A stretch of DNA of 20,984 nt, from positions 1 to 20,984 of the forward strand of contig JAYUVP010000254.1 in the NCBI GenBank assembly GCA_043753995.1. The letters are read 5' to 3'. The first letter of the stretch is position 1; each line of letters starts with the position of its first letter. This document shows positions 8,318 through 17,077 of the stretch, piece by piece. The notes beneath the pieces were generated by a model, which was given only the letters and a program-made list of their open reading frames with translations, did no database searches and had not been told where the DNA came from. A program made the translations under genes and the position numbers. The stretch comes from Fibrobacterota bacterium (lineage in GTDB: Bacteria > Fibrobacterota > Fibrobacteria > UBA11236).

Positions 8318-9166
8318 TCACATTGTCCGAATGGAGGCCACCGTACGCAAGACTTCCCAAGTCGCCTTCACATCATGCACACGAATAACCGAAGCCCCTT
8401 GCAAAGCCGCAAGCAAGGCCACAGCCACGCTGGGCTGCAAACGATCGCTTTCCTCCAGCCCGGCGATGCGGGCGATAAAACTCTTACGGCTAGCACCCAC
8501 CAAAACCGCGCAGCCAAGGGCATCGAAATCAGGCAAGCCTCGCAGTAAGGCTTGATTATGCTGCAGGGTTTTGCCGAAGCCTATGCCGGGATCGACCGCG
8601 ATGCGATCCGGCGACAGACCCAATTGCGCCGCAACGCCAATGCGCTCCCGCAAATAGGCCACCACGTCTTGCACCACATGGCCATATTGCGGCCGCAATT
8701 GCATGGTGCGCGGATTGCCCTGCATGTGATTCAAAACCAAGCCTGCCCCGAAGGCTTGGGGCAATTCCAGAATGCGCGGATCGGTTTCGCCCGCCGAAAT
8801 ATCATTGACTATTAAGGCTCCCGCCTCGAGAGCCGCGCGCGCAACCTCGCTTTTCACCGTGTCTATGCTGACGACAGCCTGAAAGCGGCGGACAAGGGCA
8901 GTAATGACGGGCACGGTGCGAGCAATTTCTTCTTCGGCACTCACGGGTGTCGCTCCAGGGCGTGAGCTTTCGCCCCCGACATCCAGGATGTCGGCGCCTT
9001 CGCTAAGCATGCGCTCAGCGGCAGCCACGGCAGCCTCTAGGCCAGCATGGCGTCCACCATCAAAAAAACTGTCGGGGGTAACATTGAGTATGCCCATCAA
9101 GAGAGGGCCTTGGCCGCCGAGGGCGCGGCCACCGATGCGCCAAGGGCGCGGGCGCATGGTCGCCAA
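8318..9166 (-). CDS. folP: Dihydropteroate synthase
   Basis: MGILNVTPDSFFDGG, GGESSRPG, SIDT, DPGIGFGK, GASRKSFI and RVHDV motifs. Start uncertain (TTG 9166 or ATG 9157). Confidence 0.96.
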   Translation of the reverse strand: MATMRPRPWRIGGRALGGQGPLLMGILNVTPDSFFDGGRHAGLEAAVAAAERMLSEGADILDVGGESSRPGATPVSAEEEIARTVPVITALVRRFQAVVSIDTVKSEVARAALEAGALIVNDISAGETDPRILELPQAFGAGLVLNHMQGNPRTMQLRPQYGHVVQDVVAYLRERIGVAAQLGLSPDRIAVDPGIGFGKTLQHNQALLRGLPDFDALGCAVLVGASRKSFIARIAGLEESDRLQPSVAVALLAALQGASVIRVHDVKATWEVLRTVASIRTM

Positions 9167-9251
9167 GCTTTCACCCCAGGGGCCTGCTAGGCTCCCGGGG
9201 CGCGGGCCGGTGTTTTCAAATTCGGAAGAAGACGTGACCTACCTCAAAAAA

Positions 9252-11435
9252 CTAAGCGACCGTGTCCACGGCACTGCCTTTGCCAGCTTCGTCTTCCGGT
9301 TTGGACGTGGCTTCGCCAATCTCAGCTTTGGCAGCTTCGGTTTTATCCGCCTCGGCCTTGGCTTCATTCACCTTCGCATCGTTGGCGAGGGTGTCGCTCC
9401 GCTTTTTCAAATAGGAGCGGCTCTTGCGCGTTTCGGAAAGCAATTCACCGGCCATGGCGCGCTGAATTTCATCGGCCTCCAGCACTTCATGCTCAAGCAA
9501 GGCATCGGAGAGATTCAGCAGCTTTTGCCTATTCTCTTCGAGCATGAGGTTCACGCGCTCCATTTGGCCATCGACGATTTTGCGCACTTCGCGATCGATT
9601 TGAATGGCCGTCGCTTCGCTATAATCGCGATGCGTATTGATTTCGCGGCCGAGGAAAATCTCTTCCTGCTTTTTGCCATAAGACACGGGTCCCAAGTCGG
9701 ACATGCCGTATTCGCAAACGAATTTACGCGCCAAGTCGGTGGCACGTTCAATGTCATTGCTGGCGCCCGTCGTCCTTTGGCCCAAGAACATTTGCTCGGC
9801 ACCGCGCCCGCCCATGAGAATCGCGATCTTGTCCAGGATAAAGCGCGAATCGACGGTATAACGATCTTTTTCGGGAAGCTGAAAGGTGATGCCCAGCGCC
9901 CGGCCCCGGGGAATAATGGTGATTTTGTGCAGGGGATCGCTATGCTCTACCAGCAGGGAAATGATGGCATGGCCGGCTTCGTGAATGGCCGTGGTCTTTT
10001 TCTCTTCTTCGGTAATGATACGGCTGAAGCGCTCATTGCCAATCATCACCTTGTCCTTGGCCTCTTCGAAGTCAATCATGCCCACGCGATCGCTGCCGAA
10101 ACGCGCCGCCAAGAGACAAGCTTCATTGACCAGGTTTTCCAAATCGGCACCTGCCAGGCCCGGCGCGCCCTTGGCGATTTTCGACACGTCGACATCATCA
10201 CGCAAGGGGACCTTGCGCTTATTCAAATGCACGCGCAGAATCCCTTCGCGGCCCTTGGAGTCAGGCAAGTCCACCACCACTTGGCGATCGAAGCGGCCCG
10301 GACGTAATAAGGCGGGATCGAGTACATCGGGACGATTGGTGGCGGCGATCAAAATGACGCCGTCATTGCCCGTAAAGCCGTCCATTTCGACCAGCAATTG
10401 ATTCAAGGTTTGCTCGCGCTCGTCATGCCCACCGCCAAGGCCTGCTCCGCGATGCCGACCCACGGCGTCGATTTCATCGATGAAAACAATGCAAGGCGCA
10501 TTCTTCTTGCCCTGCTCGAATAAATCGCGTACGCGGCTGGCGCCCACGCCCACGAACATTTCCACGAAATCGGAGCCCGACATCGAGTAAAAAGGCACGT
10601 CGGCTTCGCCCGCAACGGCCTTGGCCAAAAGGGTTTTGCCCGTTCCGGGAGGCCCAAGCAAAAGCACGCCCTTGGGAATGCGTCCGCCCAGTTTGGAAAA
10701 CTTGGTCGGGTCTTTCAAGAACTCGATGATTTCTTGCAGTTCTTGCTTGGCCTCATCGCAACCCGCCACATCGGCAAAGGTGACCTTGGGCTTATTGTCG
10801 TCTTGCACCCGCGCGCGAATTTTTCCGAAATTGAAAATGCCGCGCGCTCCGCCCATTTGGCCTTGACGCGCCATCATGAACCAGAAAAAGCCGATGAGCA
10901 AAAACAAAGGCAATAGCGTGCTCATATAGCTGAACCAACGCGTCTCCTTGGTGAATTCGATTTTGACGCCCTTGGCGGCCAAGCTATCGAGTATGCCCTG
11001 CATGGGTTGGCCCCATTCCGGCAATTGCACTCGGAAGCGCACCGTGGATCCCGAGCCCGTCAGCGAATTCGAATTCTCCCGGCGCGTAACCTGTTCTTCC
11101 TGCGACAATTTGCGCTCACCTTCGAGCTGAAAGCCTTCATTGATGCGCGTCATGGCGATATGAGTGATCACCAAGGACGTGTCCGTCAACATTTTGCGGA
11201 ATTCGGTGTAATTCTTGTTTTCGCTGGCGCTTTGCGAATTGAGCAATTGCACCAGAATCAAAATGACCAGCACCATGCCCAAAAGCAAGGACAGGTTTTT
11301 ACGGCGCCATTTATTGCCACCGGGAGGCATGCCGCTACGCGGATCTTGCGGTCGATTCGGATTCTTCATCATTCCGCGACGCTTATCATCGACGAGACGG
11401 TTTTTGTCATTCAGTGAATCTTCTTTGTCAGACAT
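9252..11435 (-). CDS. ftsH: ATP-dependent zinc metalloprotease FtsH
   Basis: Two N-terminal TM helices, Walker A GPPGTGKT, pore motif MFVG, Walker [31 protein letters not shown], and zinc motif HEAGH. Confidence 0.98.
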   Translation of the reverse strand: MSDKEDSLNDKNRLVDDKRRGMMKNPNRPQDPRSGMPPGGNKWRRKNLSLLLGMVLVILILVQLLNSQSASENKNYTEFRKMLTDTSLVITHIAMTRINEGFQLEGERKLSQEEQVTRRENSNSLTGSGSTVRFRVQLPEWGQPMQGILDSLAAKGVKIEFTKETRWFSYMSTLLPLFLLIGFFWFMMARQGQMGGARGIFNFGKIRARVQDDNKPKVTFADVAGCDEAKQELQEIIEFLKDPTKFSKLGGRIPKGVLLLGPPGTGKTLLAKAVAGEADVPFYSMSGSDFVEMFVGVGASRVRDLFEQGKKNAPCIVFIDEIDAVGRHRGAGLGGGHDEREQTLNQLLVEMDGFTGNDGVILIAATNRPDVLDPALLRPGRFDRQVVVDLPDSKGREGILRVHLNKRKVPLRDDVDVSKIAKGAPGLAGADLENLVNEACLLAARFGSDRVGMIDFEEAKDKVMIGNERFSRIITEEEKKTTAIHEAGHAIISLLVEHSDPLHKITIIPRGRALGITFQLPEKDRYTVDSRFILDKIAILMGGRGAEQMFLGQRTTGASNDIERATDLARKFVCEYGMSDLGPVSYGKKQEEIFLGREINTHRDYSEATAIQIDREVRKIVDGQMERVNLMLEENRQKLLNLSDALLEHEVLEADEIQRAMAGELLSETRKSRSYLKKRSDTLANDAKVNEAKAEADKTEAAKAEIGEATSKPEDEAGKGSAVDTVA

Positions 11436-12898
11436 TCAAGCACCAGTTCGAGGAGGTTCTCCGATTCGGGCAAGACCTTGCCGCTTTCAGCAAGCCCGAC
11501 TCCGGGAACCCAAATAAGGGTTTCGTCGGAGAAGACCAAGGGCATATTATCCCTAAGTTCTTGCGGCACTCCCCGGTCACGCAAATAATCCTTGAGCTTG
11601 CGAGAGCGTCCGCGCATTCCCAGCGGGCAAAAGCTGTCGCCAGCCCGCCTAGTCCGGAGCTGCAAGGTAGACGAAATGCGCTTGGCATCAAAGATGGCTT
11701 GCCTTTCCTCGGCTGCCGGAAAACCGGTTATGGCCGTCGGGGTCAAGCTTCGCGCCGTGAGCCGATAGTCTTGGTCGGCAAGGCGAAAAGTCCAAATCCC
11801 GGGGAGAGGCCTGAGTATAACCTTAACCGCGGCCTCGGAACACATTTTGACCTCGGTTTTTCCAGGCCTATTTCCTGCCTTAATTGGCCGGTATAACAGG
11901 TGATATTGCTGTCCCCCGCCAACGGCGAATCGTCGCTGCAAAACCCCATTTGCGGCGGCACTCCACTCGGTTTGGCCCGAATGAGGTTGAAATCCCTGTA
12001 AAAAGGGGCGTCCCGGCTTGCCCGGAGGCCCTCCCGCCAGCGCCATCATTTGCCGCAATCGACGTAAAACCAAGGGGCTGTCCCCATCGGCGAGGGGTTG
12101 ATCCAGGGATTCGACGGGCAAAACCGCATGTCCAGGTTCCAGCAAAACCGGTTTGTCAGCGTCCTCCGTTTCGATTTCGGCCACAAAGCCCTGCAAGCTT
12201 TGCATGTCCTTCCCCACCGCCGTCAATCGCTCGCGCCAATTCGGCCATTCCCCATCGAGGCGCGGTAAAAGGTCAAGGCGCAGGCGATTACGCAAATAGC
12301 GGCGATTCTGGTTACTGTCGTCTTCGCACCAAGTCTGCCCTACTTCGGCGAGATAATCGCGCAAAGCGGATCCGGGCAGGGAAAGAAAAGGCCTCACCAA
12401 GCCCGGCTCGCGCTGAAAAGCCATGCCGGTTAAGGCCCGCCAACCTTCACCGCGCATTAGGCGCAGCAAAACGGTTTCGACGAAATCGTCGCGGTGATGG
12501 GCGGTCAAAACTCCGTCGGCTTTGACTTCCTGGGAGATGCGATGAAGCGCGGCATACCTTTCCCTGCGCGCCCAAGCCTCCAATGACTCTCGGCGCTTCC
12601 GCCCAGCCGGTTCGAGGTGAGCAGTGTGGCAAGCCAGGCTAAGCCGCCCGCACAGTGCGGCAACAAAGGCCTCTTCCTCTTGTGATTCTTGTCTCAAATG
12701 ATGATTGATATGAGCCACCGTGAGGCGGCAATGCGTTTGCGGAGCTATGCGATCGGCGAAGAAGCGGAGTAAAGCCAGCGAATCGGCCCCGCCCGAAACG
12801 GCGAGTAGCCAATGCTTGCCATGGGGTCGAAAGCCTTGGGCCTCCCAGGATTGCAAGCAGGGGCCTAGGTCGCCGGATAGGGAGGTGAAATCGCTCAT
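11411..12898 (-). CDS. tilS: tRNA(Ile)-lysidine synthetase
   Basis: PP-loop [30 protein letters not shown], and D.SN....Y.RN.LR motifs, plus a TilS C-terminal domain (R.GD.F.P.G..G.S.KLKD). ATG 12898 preferred over TTG 12934. Overlaps the ftsH start by 25 nt. Confidence 0.94.
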   Translation of the reverse strand: MSDFTSLSGDLGPCLQSWEAQGFRPHGKHWLLAVSGGADSLALLRFFADRIAPQTHCRLTVAHINHHLRQESQEEEAFVAALCGRLSLACHTAHLEPAGRKRRESLEAWARRERYAALHRISQEVKADGVLTAHHRDDFVETVLLRLMRGEGWRALTGMAFQREPGLVRPFLSLPGSALRDYLAEVGQTWCEDDSNQNRRYLRNRLRLDLLPRLDGEWPNWRERLTAVGKDMQSLQGFVAEIETEDADKPVLLEPGHAVLPVESLDQPLADGDSPLVLRRLRQMMALAGGPPGKPGRPFLQGFQPHSGQTEWSAAANGVLQRRFAVGGGQQYHLLYRPIKAGNRPGKTEVKMCSEAAVKVILRPLPGIWTFRLADQDYRLTARSLTPTAITGFPAAEERQAIFDAKRISSTLQLRTRRAGDSFCPLGMRGRSRKLKDYLRDRGVPQELRDNMPLVFSDETLIWVPGVGLAESGKVLPESENLLELVLECLTKKIH

Positions 12899-12922
12899 GG
12901 CACGCAGGGGGGAAGGTAGTTT

Positions 12923-13051
12923 GCCGAGGACCAAACCGCCCTCAAGCGTGTCGAAGATTCGTGGGACGCGGAACCTATTTCCAAGAAGGGAGATGAACTC
13001 TCCATCCTATCCATTCTGGTGGAAAATTACGAAGCAGGGAAATATTCCATT
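12923..13051 (+). pseudogene. higA: Decayed N-terminal fragment of a HigA-type antitoxin
   Basis: Translates as AEDQTALKRVEDSWDAEPISKKGDELSILSILVENYEAGKYSI, matching the recalled HigA N-terminal pattern Y.AAL.R.E.LWDAEP.S.EGDEL.IL..LVE.YE...YPI. Preceded by in-frame TAG (12917-12919) plus one Phe codon, with no upstream start codon. No HTH domain follows. Confidence 0.65.
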
Positions 13052-13103
13052 TTCATCCAGAACGGGCGATGCCGCGGATCAAAAGAAAGACGTATCGTGA
13101 CGC

Positions 13104-13270
13104 ACAAAACATTAAGGTCGACAATAACCGGGGTGGGATGCCGAGGCCGACCGAGCCCAGCGGCGTTCCAAAGCCTCAGCCTGTATGCCGCTTTCAGCCG
13201 CGACGGGAGAAAGGCGGGCCAATGCGGGGGAGGGGCGGAGCACCACCCCGAGGTCAACTGCGCATTGTCG
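13104..13270. repeat. Imperfect long inverted repeat / structured element (degenerate attC-like site, REP/MITE or ncRNA; unresolved)
   Basis: Nested complementary pairs CGACAAT(13119)/ATTGTCG(13264) and CGGGGTGG(13129)/CCACCCCG(13243). Internal pairs GAGGC/GCCTC and AGCGGCGT/ATGCCGCT. Confidence 0.45.
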
Positions 13271-13372
13271 TAAGGCATGGCATGCTTTTTCCGGCCAGTG
13301 GCCTTAGTTTAGGCGCATTGAGACGTAGAATGACGCCTCGCGTATTCGACCCATTCGAATCAGGAATCTGAT

Positions 13373-14467
13373 ATGAATCTTTTGAAAATCTCCCTATTTG
13401 CCGTAGCGATGGCCGGTTTGGTACAGCCCCTTTTCGCCCAGTCCAGCCAACCAGATCCGAACTTTCACATTTACCTGCTTTTCGGTCAATCGAATATGGC
13501 GGGTGGCGGCGCGGTCAGTGATTCTCCCAAGGTCGATTGCGATACTACGCCCCGGGTCAAGGTCTTGGCTTTTTCCGATTGCAGCGCGGGGCCCAATTGC
13601 AAAGACTATGTCATGAAGCGCACCGTGGATCAATGGTATACGGCCTTCCCTCCCCTGCACGATTGCAGCGCCGGATTGGAAGGTATTAGCCCCGGAGACT
13701 GGTTCGGAAAAACCATGATCGATTCTGTACGTTCAGACATTTCCATTGGCATGGTGCCATGCGCCTTGTCGGGTATGGCCTTGAATGTTTTTCTCAAGGG
13801 AAGCTCCGCGACGTCTTCGGTAGGCCCGTCCCAGGTTCGGGGAAAAAACGCCTATAACTGGATGCTAGCCCGCTGCAAATTGGCGCAGCAAAAGGGCATC
13901 ATCAAGGGCATGCTTTTGCATCAGGGTGAAAGCGGCACGGGGTCTTCTCAGGCTTGGGATGCTATGGCCATGCAAATTTTCAATGACTTGAAAACGGATT
14001 TGGGCCTCGACGCCAAAACCGTATTGGTTGTCGGCCAATTGCGCTCAGACAGTAAGTCGCCGTCTCAGAATAATACGAGCTTCAACAATTTGCTTGCTGG
14101 CATGCCCGCCAAATACCCCAAGGTCGGCCTAGCTTCTTCACAGGGTTTATCGGGTAATGGCCGTGACGTATGGCATTTCAATCCTTCGAGCATGCGAGAC
14201 TTGGGTCGAAGATATGCCATGGCCTTGCTCTCCCTTTCCGACAATACCGTCATACCCCGCAAAGGCGGAAATGTGGGCATTAACGCTAAGGCCCCGAAGG
14301 CTGCGAGGCCAAACACTCTCTTGCCCGAAGAGGGGGAAATGAAGGTGTTTTCCCTGGACGGCAAGCGAGTGCCTACGGAAAAAGCTGCGGCGACGGACGG
14401 TCTTTCCAGCGACGCCTTTTTGATACGGACCAGTAATGGAAAGTCGCTGCAAATCTTGCCGGAATGA
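13373..14467 (+). CDS. Secreted SGNH carbohydrate esterase, CE6/SASA family (acetylxylan esterase-like)
   Basis: Signal peptide (LFA-Q), PDPNFHIYLLFGQSNMAG, HQGES and DVWH (DxxH) motifs. Basic linker and KVFSLDGKRV C-terminal tail typical of Fibrobacter secreted CAZymes. Confidence 0.9.
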   Translation: MNLLKISLFAVAMAGLVQPLFAQSSQPDPNFHIYLLFGQSNMAGGGAVSDSPKVDCDTTPRVKVLAFSDCSAGPNCKDYVMKRTVDQWYTAFPPLHDCSAGLEGISPGDWFGKTMIDSVRSDISIGMVPCALSGMALNVFLKGSSATSSVGPSQVRGKNAYNWMLARCKLAQQKGIIKGMLLHQGESGTGSSQAWDAMAMQIFNDLKTDLGLDAKTVLVVGQLRSDSKSPSQNNTSFNNLLAGMPAKYPKVGLASSQGLSGNGRDVWHFNPSSMRDLGRRYAMALLSLSDNTVIPRKGGNVGINAKAPKAARPNTLLPEEGEMKVFSLDGKRVPTEKAAATDGLSSDAFLIRTSNGKSLQILPE

Positions 14468-14516
14468 GTGAACCAGGGTTGGGCTCCTCCTTCCAAAGAA
14501 GTGATATCTTTGGAAA

Positions 14517-15017
14517 ATGATGAGAAAAACTCTTTGCTTATTCCTGTCCCTGTCGGCCTTGCTGCTCGTGAATTGCCAGCAGAAAAATCAAGAAGCGGCC
14601 AAAGAAAATGCGGCCGCCAAAGAAAGCCCAGCGGCGATGACCTTGCCGGAAAAACCTCCGGTGGCGGGCGAATTAGTGCTCGCGGCCGAACTGCTGGAAA
14701 TTCCGGGGTCTTTTCCCGCCAATGATCTTTACAACTATGCCTATGTGATGAAATACAAGGTGGTTAAGGTCGTGCAGGGATCTTTTGCCGAAAGCGAAAT
14801 TCTCGTCGGCCATTATAATCCCCGCTTTGCCCGCGAAGAAATCACCGACGATCAAAACGACAAGGTGGGCGGCAACCTCAAGTCCTATCGCGTTGGTGAC
14901 ATTCACTATCTCGTGCTGTCACCGCTTGAAGGCGTGTGGACGGGCGCGGTAGAAGACGATTTTTTCAAGGACAAGAGCAAGCGCTATTGGGCCGCATGGG
15001 CAGATAAAGTTCGTTAA
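14517..15017 (+). CDS. Putative lipoprotein, unknown function
   Basis: Signal peptide with lipobox-like LVN-C, an Ala/Lys/Glu linker, and an aromatic-rich globular domain (NDLYNYAYVMKYKV, GHYNPR, WTGAVEDDFF). Confidence 0.75.
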   Translation: MMRKTLCLFLSLSALLLVNCQQKNQEAAKENAAAKESPAAMTLPEKPPVAGELVLAAELLEIPGSFPANDLYNYAYVMKYKVVKVVQGSFAESEILVGHYNPRFAREEITDDQNDKVGGNLKSYRVGDIHYLVLSPLEGVWTGAVEDDFFKDKSKRYWAAWADKVR

Positions 15018-17077
15018 TTCCATTGCCCCGGATAGGTGAATAAATCCCGGGCGGACATCATCCACACGACCACCCTCTTAGGCTGGAGATAAGCCTCGCC
15101 GCGCTTGGCCATTTTCTCCGGAGCCTCGGGGCCGCCGCCCCAACCCATGATCAAATCGACTGGCCCTTGCAATTGCGCGGCCAAATGCGCCGTAACACCG
15201 GCGTGACGACACCCTACGGTTTCGAAGACTCCAGTATAGCTGTCACCTAACAAAAGCACAGGGGAGTTTTCGTCGGCTTCATAGGGCTTACCTTGGGGAT
15301 CAAAAACCTGGGTCGCCTTCAGGGTTTCGGGGCGAACCGTGGCCTTGGCTTTGGCACTGAGGCGGGCCTGAATATCGCCGAGGGTCGAATAGGTTGTGTC
15401 TTTCAGGGTAAAGATCCGTTTTTCCGCGAAGGAAGAGTCAAACCAGGCATAGCCCCGCAGGCGTTCGGCCAAAGCCTTGGCGGCCAGGGCCAAGCCCTGG
15501 GGCGTCCAATGCGTGTCTTCCTTTTGATAAAGCAAAACCGTGTCGCGGGCTGGGATGCTGCGCTGTTGCAGGAAAAGCGAGGTCAGGTCGAGGGTTTCCA
15601 CGCCAGCCTTGGCGAGATCGGCCAATACCTTGCGCGCATAAGGCTGGGCAATGCCGCCGGGCAAAGCCGGCTTGGCGTCCGAGAGCATTTCGGGATAAAT
15701 ATCCAGCTTGGTGGGTATGGGCACGAACAAAAAGTCTATGCCCTGGGCGGCCAGCTTTTCCTTGAAGGCGACTATGGCAGCCAGGGGCTTTTGCCCCGAA
15801 GCCAGAGAATCCCAATCGGGGGCCAACAAATAGTCTAGCTCCCGGCGAAAGACGAGAAAATCTCGTTGGCCTTGCAGGCCTTGTATTTCCGGGGACTCCT
15901 GCTTCGCGAAGATTTTCACACGCTGGTGAAATGTGGCGAGCTTGCGGTGCCAAGTCGAGTAAGCGCCGCCGCCTAAGGTTTTCTTTTCCTGTTGCAGGGT
16001 AGCTTCGATGCTTTGCAATTGCTTTGCGAGCCCGGCATCCAAGGACTTTGCGGCGGCTTTGCCGGTATCGGCGGCGGCGCTTGCCGCCTTGGCCAGGCCC
16101 ATGCCCTCGACGACGAAGACATTGTAGAGGGTATCTTCCAGGGGACGTCCCCGGAAAATGACCAGGGGATTGGCGACGGTGAAACCAGCGATGTCGGCAA
16201 TGGCCTTGGCATTGGAATTCGCATAGGGCCAGGTTTGGCCCGGCTGAATCTCAGTCAGGTCAGTGTTATAAGAGGGGTACCAACGCGAAGTCAATTGACG
16301 CGCCCAATCCAGCACTTGGGTCTCGTCCAAAACTTTCGAACTGTAAGCGCCTCGCAATTCGCTAATCATGGCTGCGGTCATGCTCGTGGGATTGAGCTTC
16401 ACCCAAATTTGGCCAAAGCCTGCCGCATCGAAATGAGTGCCGGCGGGTAAATAAGCCTTCATCCAAGGCTTGAATTCCAGCAAGGCCCAGGCCTCGGAGG
16501 TCTCGCCTTGGCCATGCAAATAAAGCGAGGTGAATTCTTGATAGGCTATGGGCACATCCGAGGTGTCGCCCCAGTGTTCCCCAGTCACGGCAGAATAGCC
16601 ATTCGCCAAAGGCGCCGTCGCTTCAAAATTCCATTGTAGTAGCAAGTCGAGACATGGGGTCCAAGCCAGAGGAGAGGACCTTTCAGCGGTGGTCAACGGT
16701 GTTTTGTCGATGTCAAGTTGAAAGGTTTGTACCAGTCCACCGAATTTGTTTGTCACCAAATCAACCGGAGAGGGTAGCTGCACGATTTGCATCGCCGAAT
16801 CAGCCAGCATGACATTTTCGACATAGGCCGCATAGTCCAAATTGGCCAGAGTCGGCTGGTGAATTTTGCGCACCAGCACATGGGAATGCAGGCGATGATA
16901 ATTGGGATTCGCGGTGGTGACCGAGAATTCGGCGGAGGTTTTGGCGAGCGTCTCAGCGGAAGAGGGTTCCGATTTGTTTTTACAGCCCGTCCAAAGGCAA
17001 GTCAAGGTTAGGGATAGCGCCAGAGAGAGAGCCTGGACGGGATGGCGAGCATGTCGAAGAAAAAGAGGCTTAAGCAT
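15014..17077 (-). CDS. AlgX/AlgJ-family SGNH-like polysaccharide O-acetyltransferase lipoprotein with an uncharacterised N-terminal domain
   Basis: Lipobox-like WTG-C. The C-terminal half has GIDFLFVPIPTK..IYPE, LYQKEDTHWTPQG (DxHW), VLLLGDSY and KRVVVW, i.e. the Asp-His...Ser order of AlgX/AlgJ. Confidence 0.85.
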   Translation of the reverse strand: MLKPLFLRHARHPVQALSLALSLTLTCLWTGCKNKSEPSSAETLAKTSAEFSVTTANPNYHRLHSHVLVRKIHQPTLANLDYAAYVENVMLADSAMQIVQLPSPVDLVTNKFGGLVQTFQLDIDKTPLTTAERSSPLAWTPCLDLLLQWNFEATAPLANGYSAVTGEHWGDTSDVPIAYQEFTSLYLHGQGETSEAWALLEFKPWMKAYLPAGTHFDAAGFGQIWVKLNPTSMTAAMISELRGAYSSKVLDETQVLDWARQLTSRWYPSYNTDLTEIQPGQTWPYANSNAKAIADIAGFTVANPLVIFRGRPLEDTLYNVFVVEGMGLAKAASAAADTGKAAAKSLDAGLAKQLQSIEATLQQEKKTLGGGAYSTWHRKLATFHQRVKIFAKQESPEIQGLQGQRDFLVFRRELDYLLAPDWDSLASGQKPLAAIVAFKEKLAAQGIDFLFVPIPTKLDIYPEMLSDAKPALPGGIAQPYARKVLADLAKAGVETLDLTSLFLQQRSIPARDTVLLYQKEDTHWTPQGLALAAKALAERLRGYAWFDSSFAEKRIFTLKDTTYSTLGDIQARLSAKAKATVRPETLKATQVFDPQGKPYEADENSPVLLLGDSYTGVFETVGCRHAGVTAHLAAQLQGPVDLIMGWGGGPEAPEKMAKRGEAYLQPKRVVVWMMSARDLFTYPGQWN

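Noticed and set aside
8904..10307. 467-aa plus-strand ORF
   Set aside because: Antisense shadow of ftsH and folP with no recognisable motifs. Long antisense frames are common opposite conserved GC-rich genes.
11884..12525. 213-aa plus-strand ORF and other short ORFs nested in the called genes
   Set aside because: Antisense or out-of-frame overlaps of well-supported genes, with low-complexity Arg/Pro-rich translations.
13104..13270. 6S RNA, SRP RNA, tmRNA, RNase P RNA or a known riboswitch
   Set aside because: No diagnostic motifs were found (no SRP GGAA/AGCAG loop, no tRNA-like ends, no GAGGAAAGUCC, no TPP or cobalamin cores), and the core stem is short for 6S. Left unassigned.
13019..13371. 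ORFs 13019-13273, 13027-13278 and 13069-13371
   Set aside because: They run through the GC-rich palindrome with Arg/Pro/Gly-biased composition. Only the first ~11 codons of 13019 are meaningful, as part of the HigA remnant.
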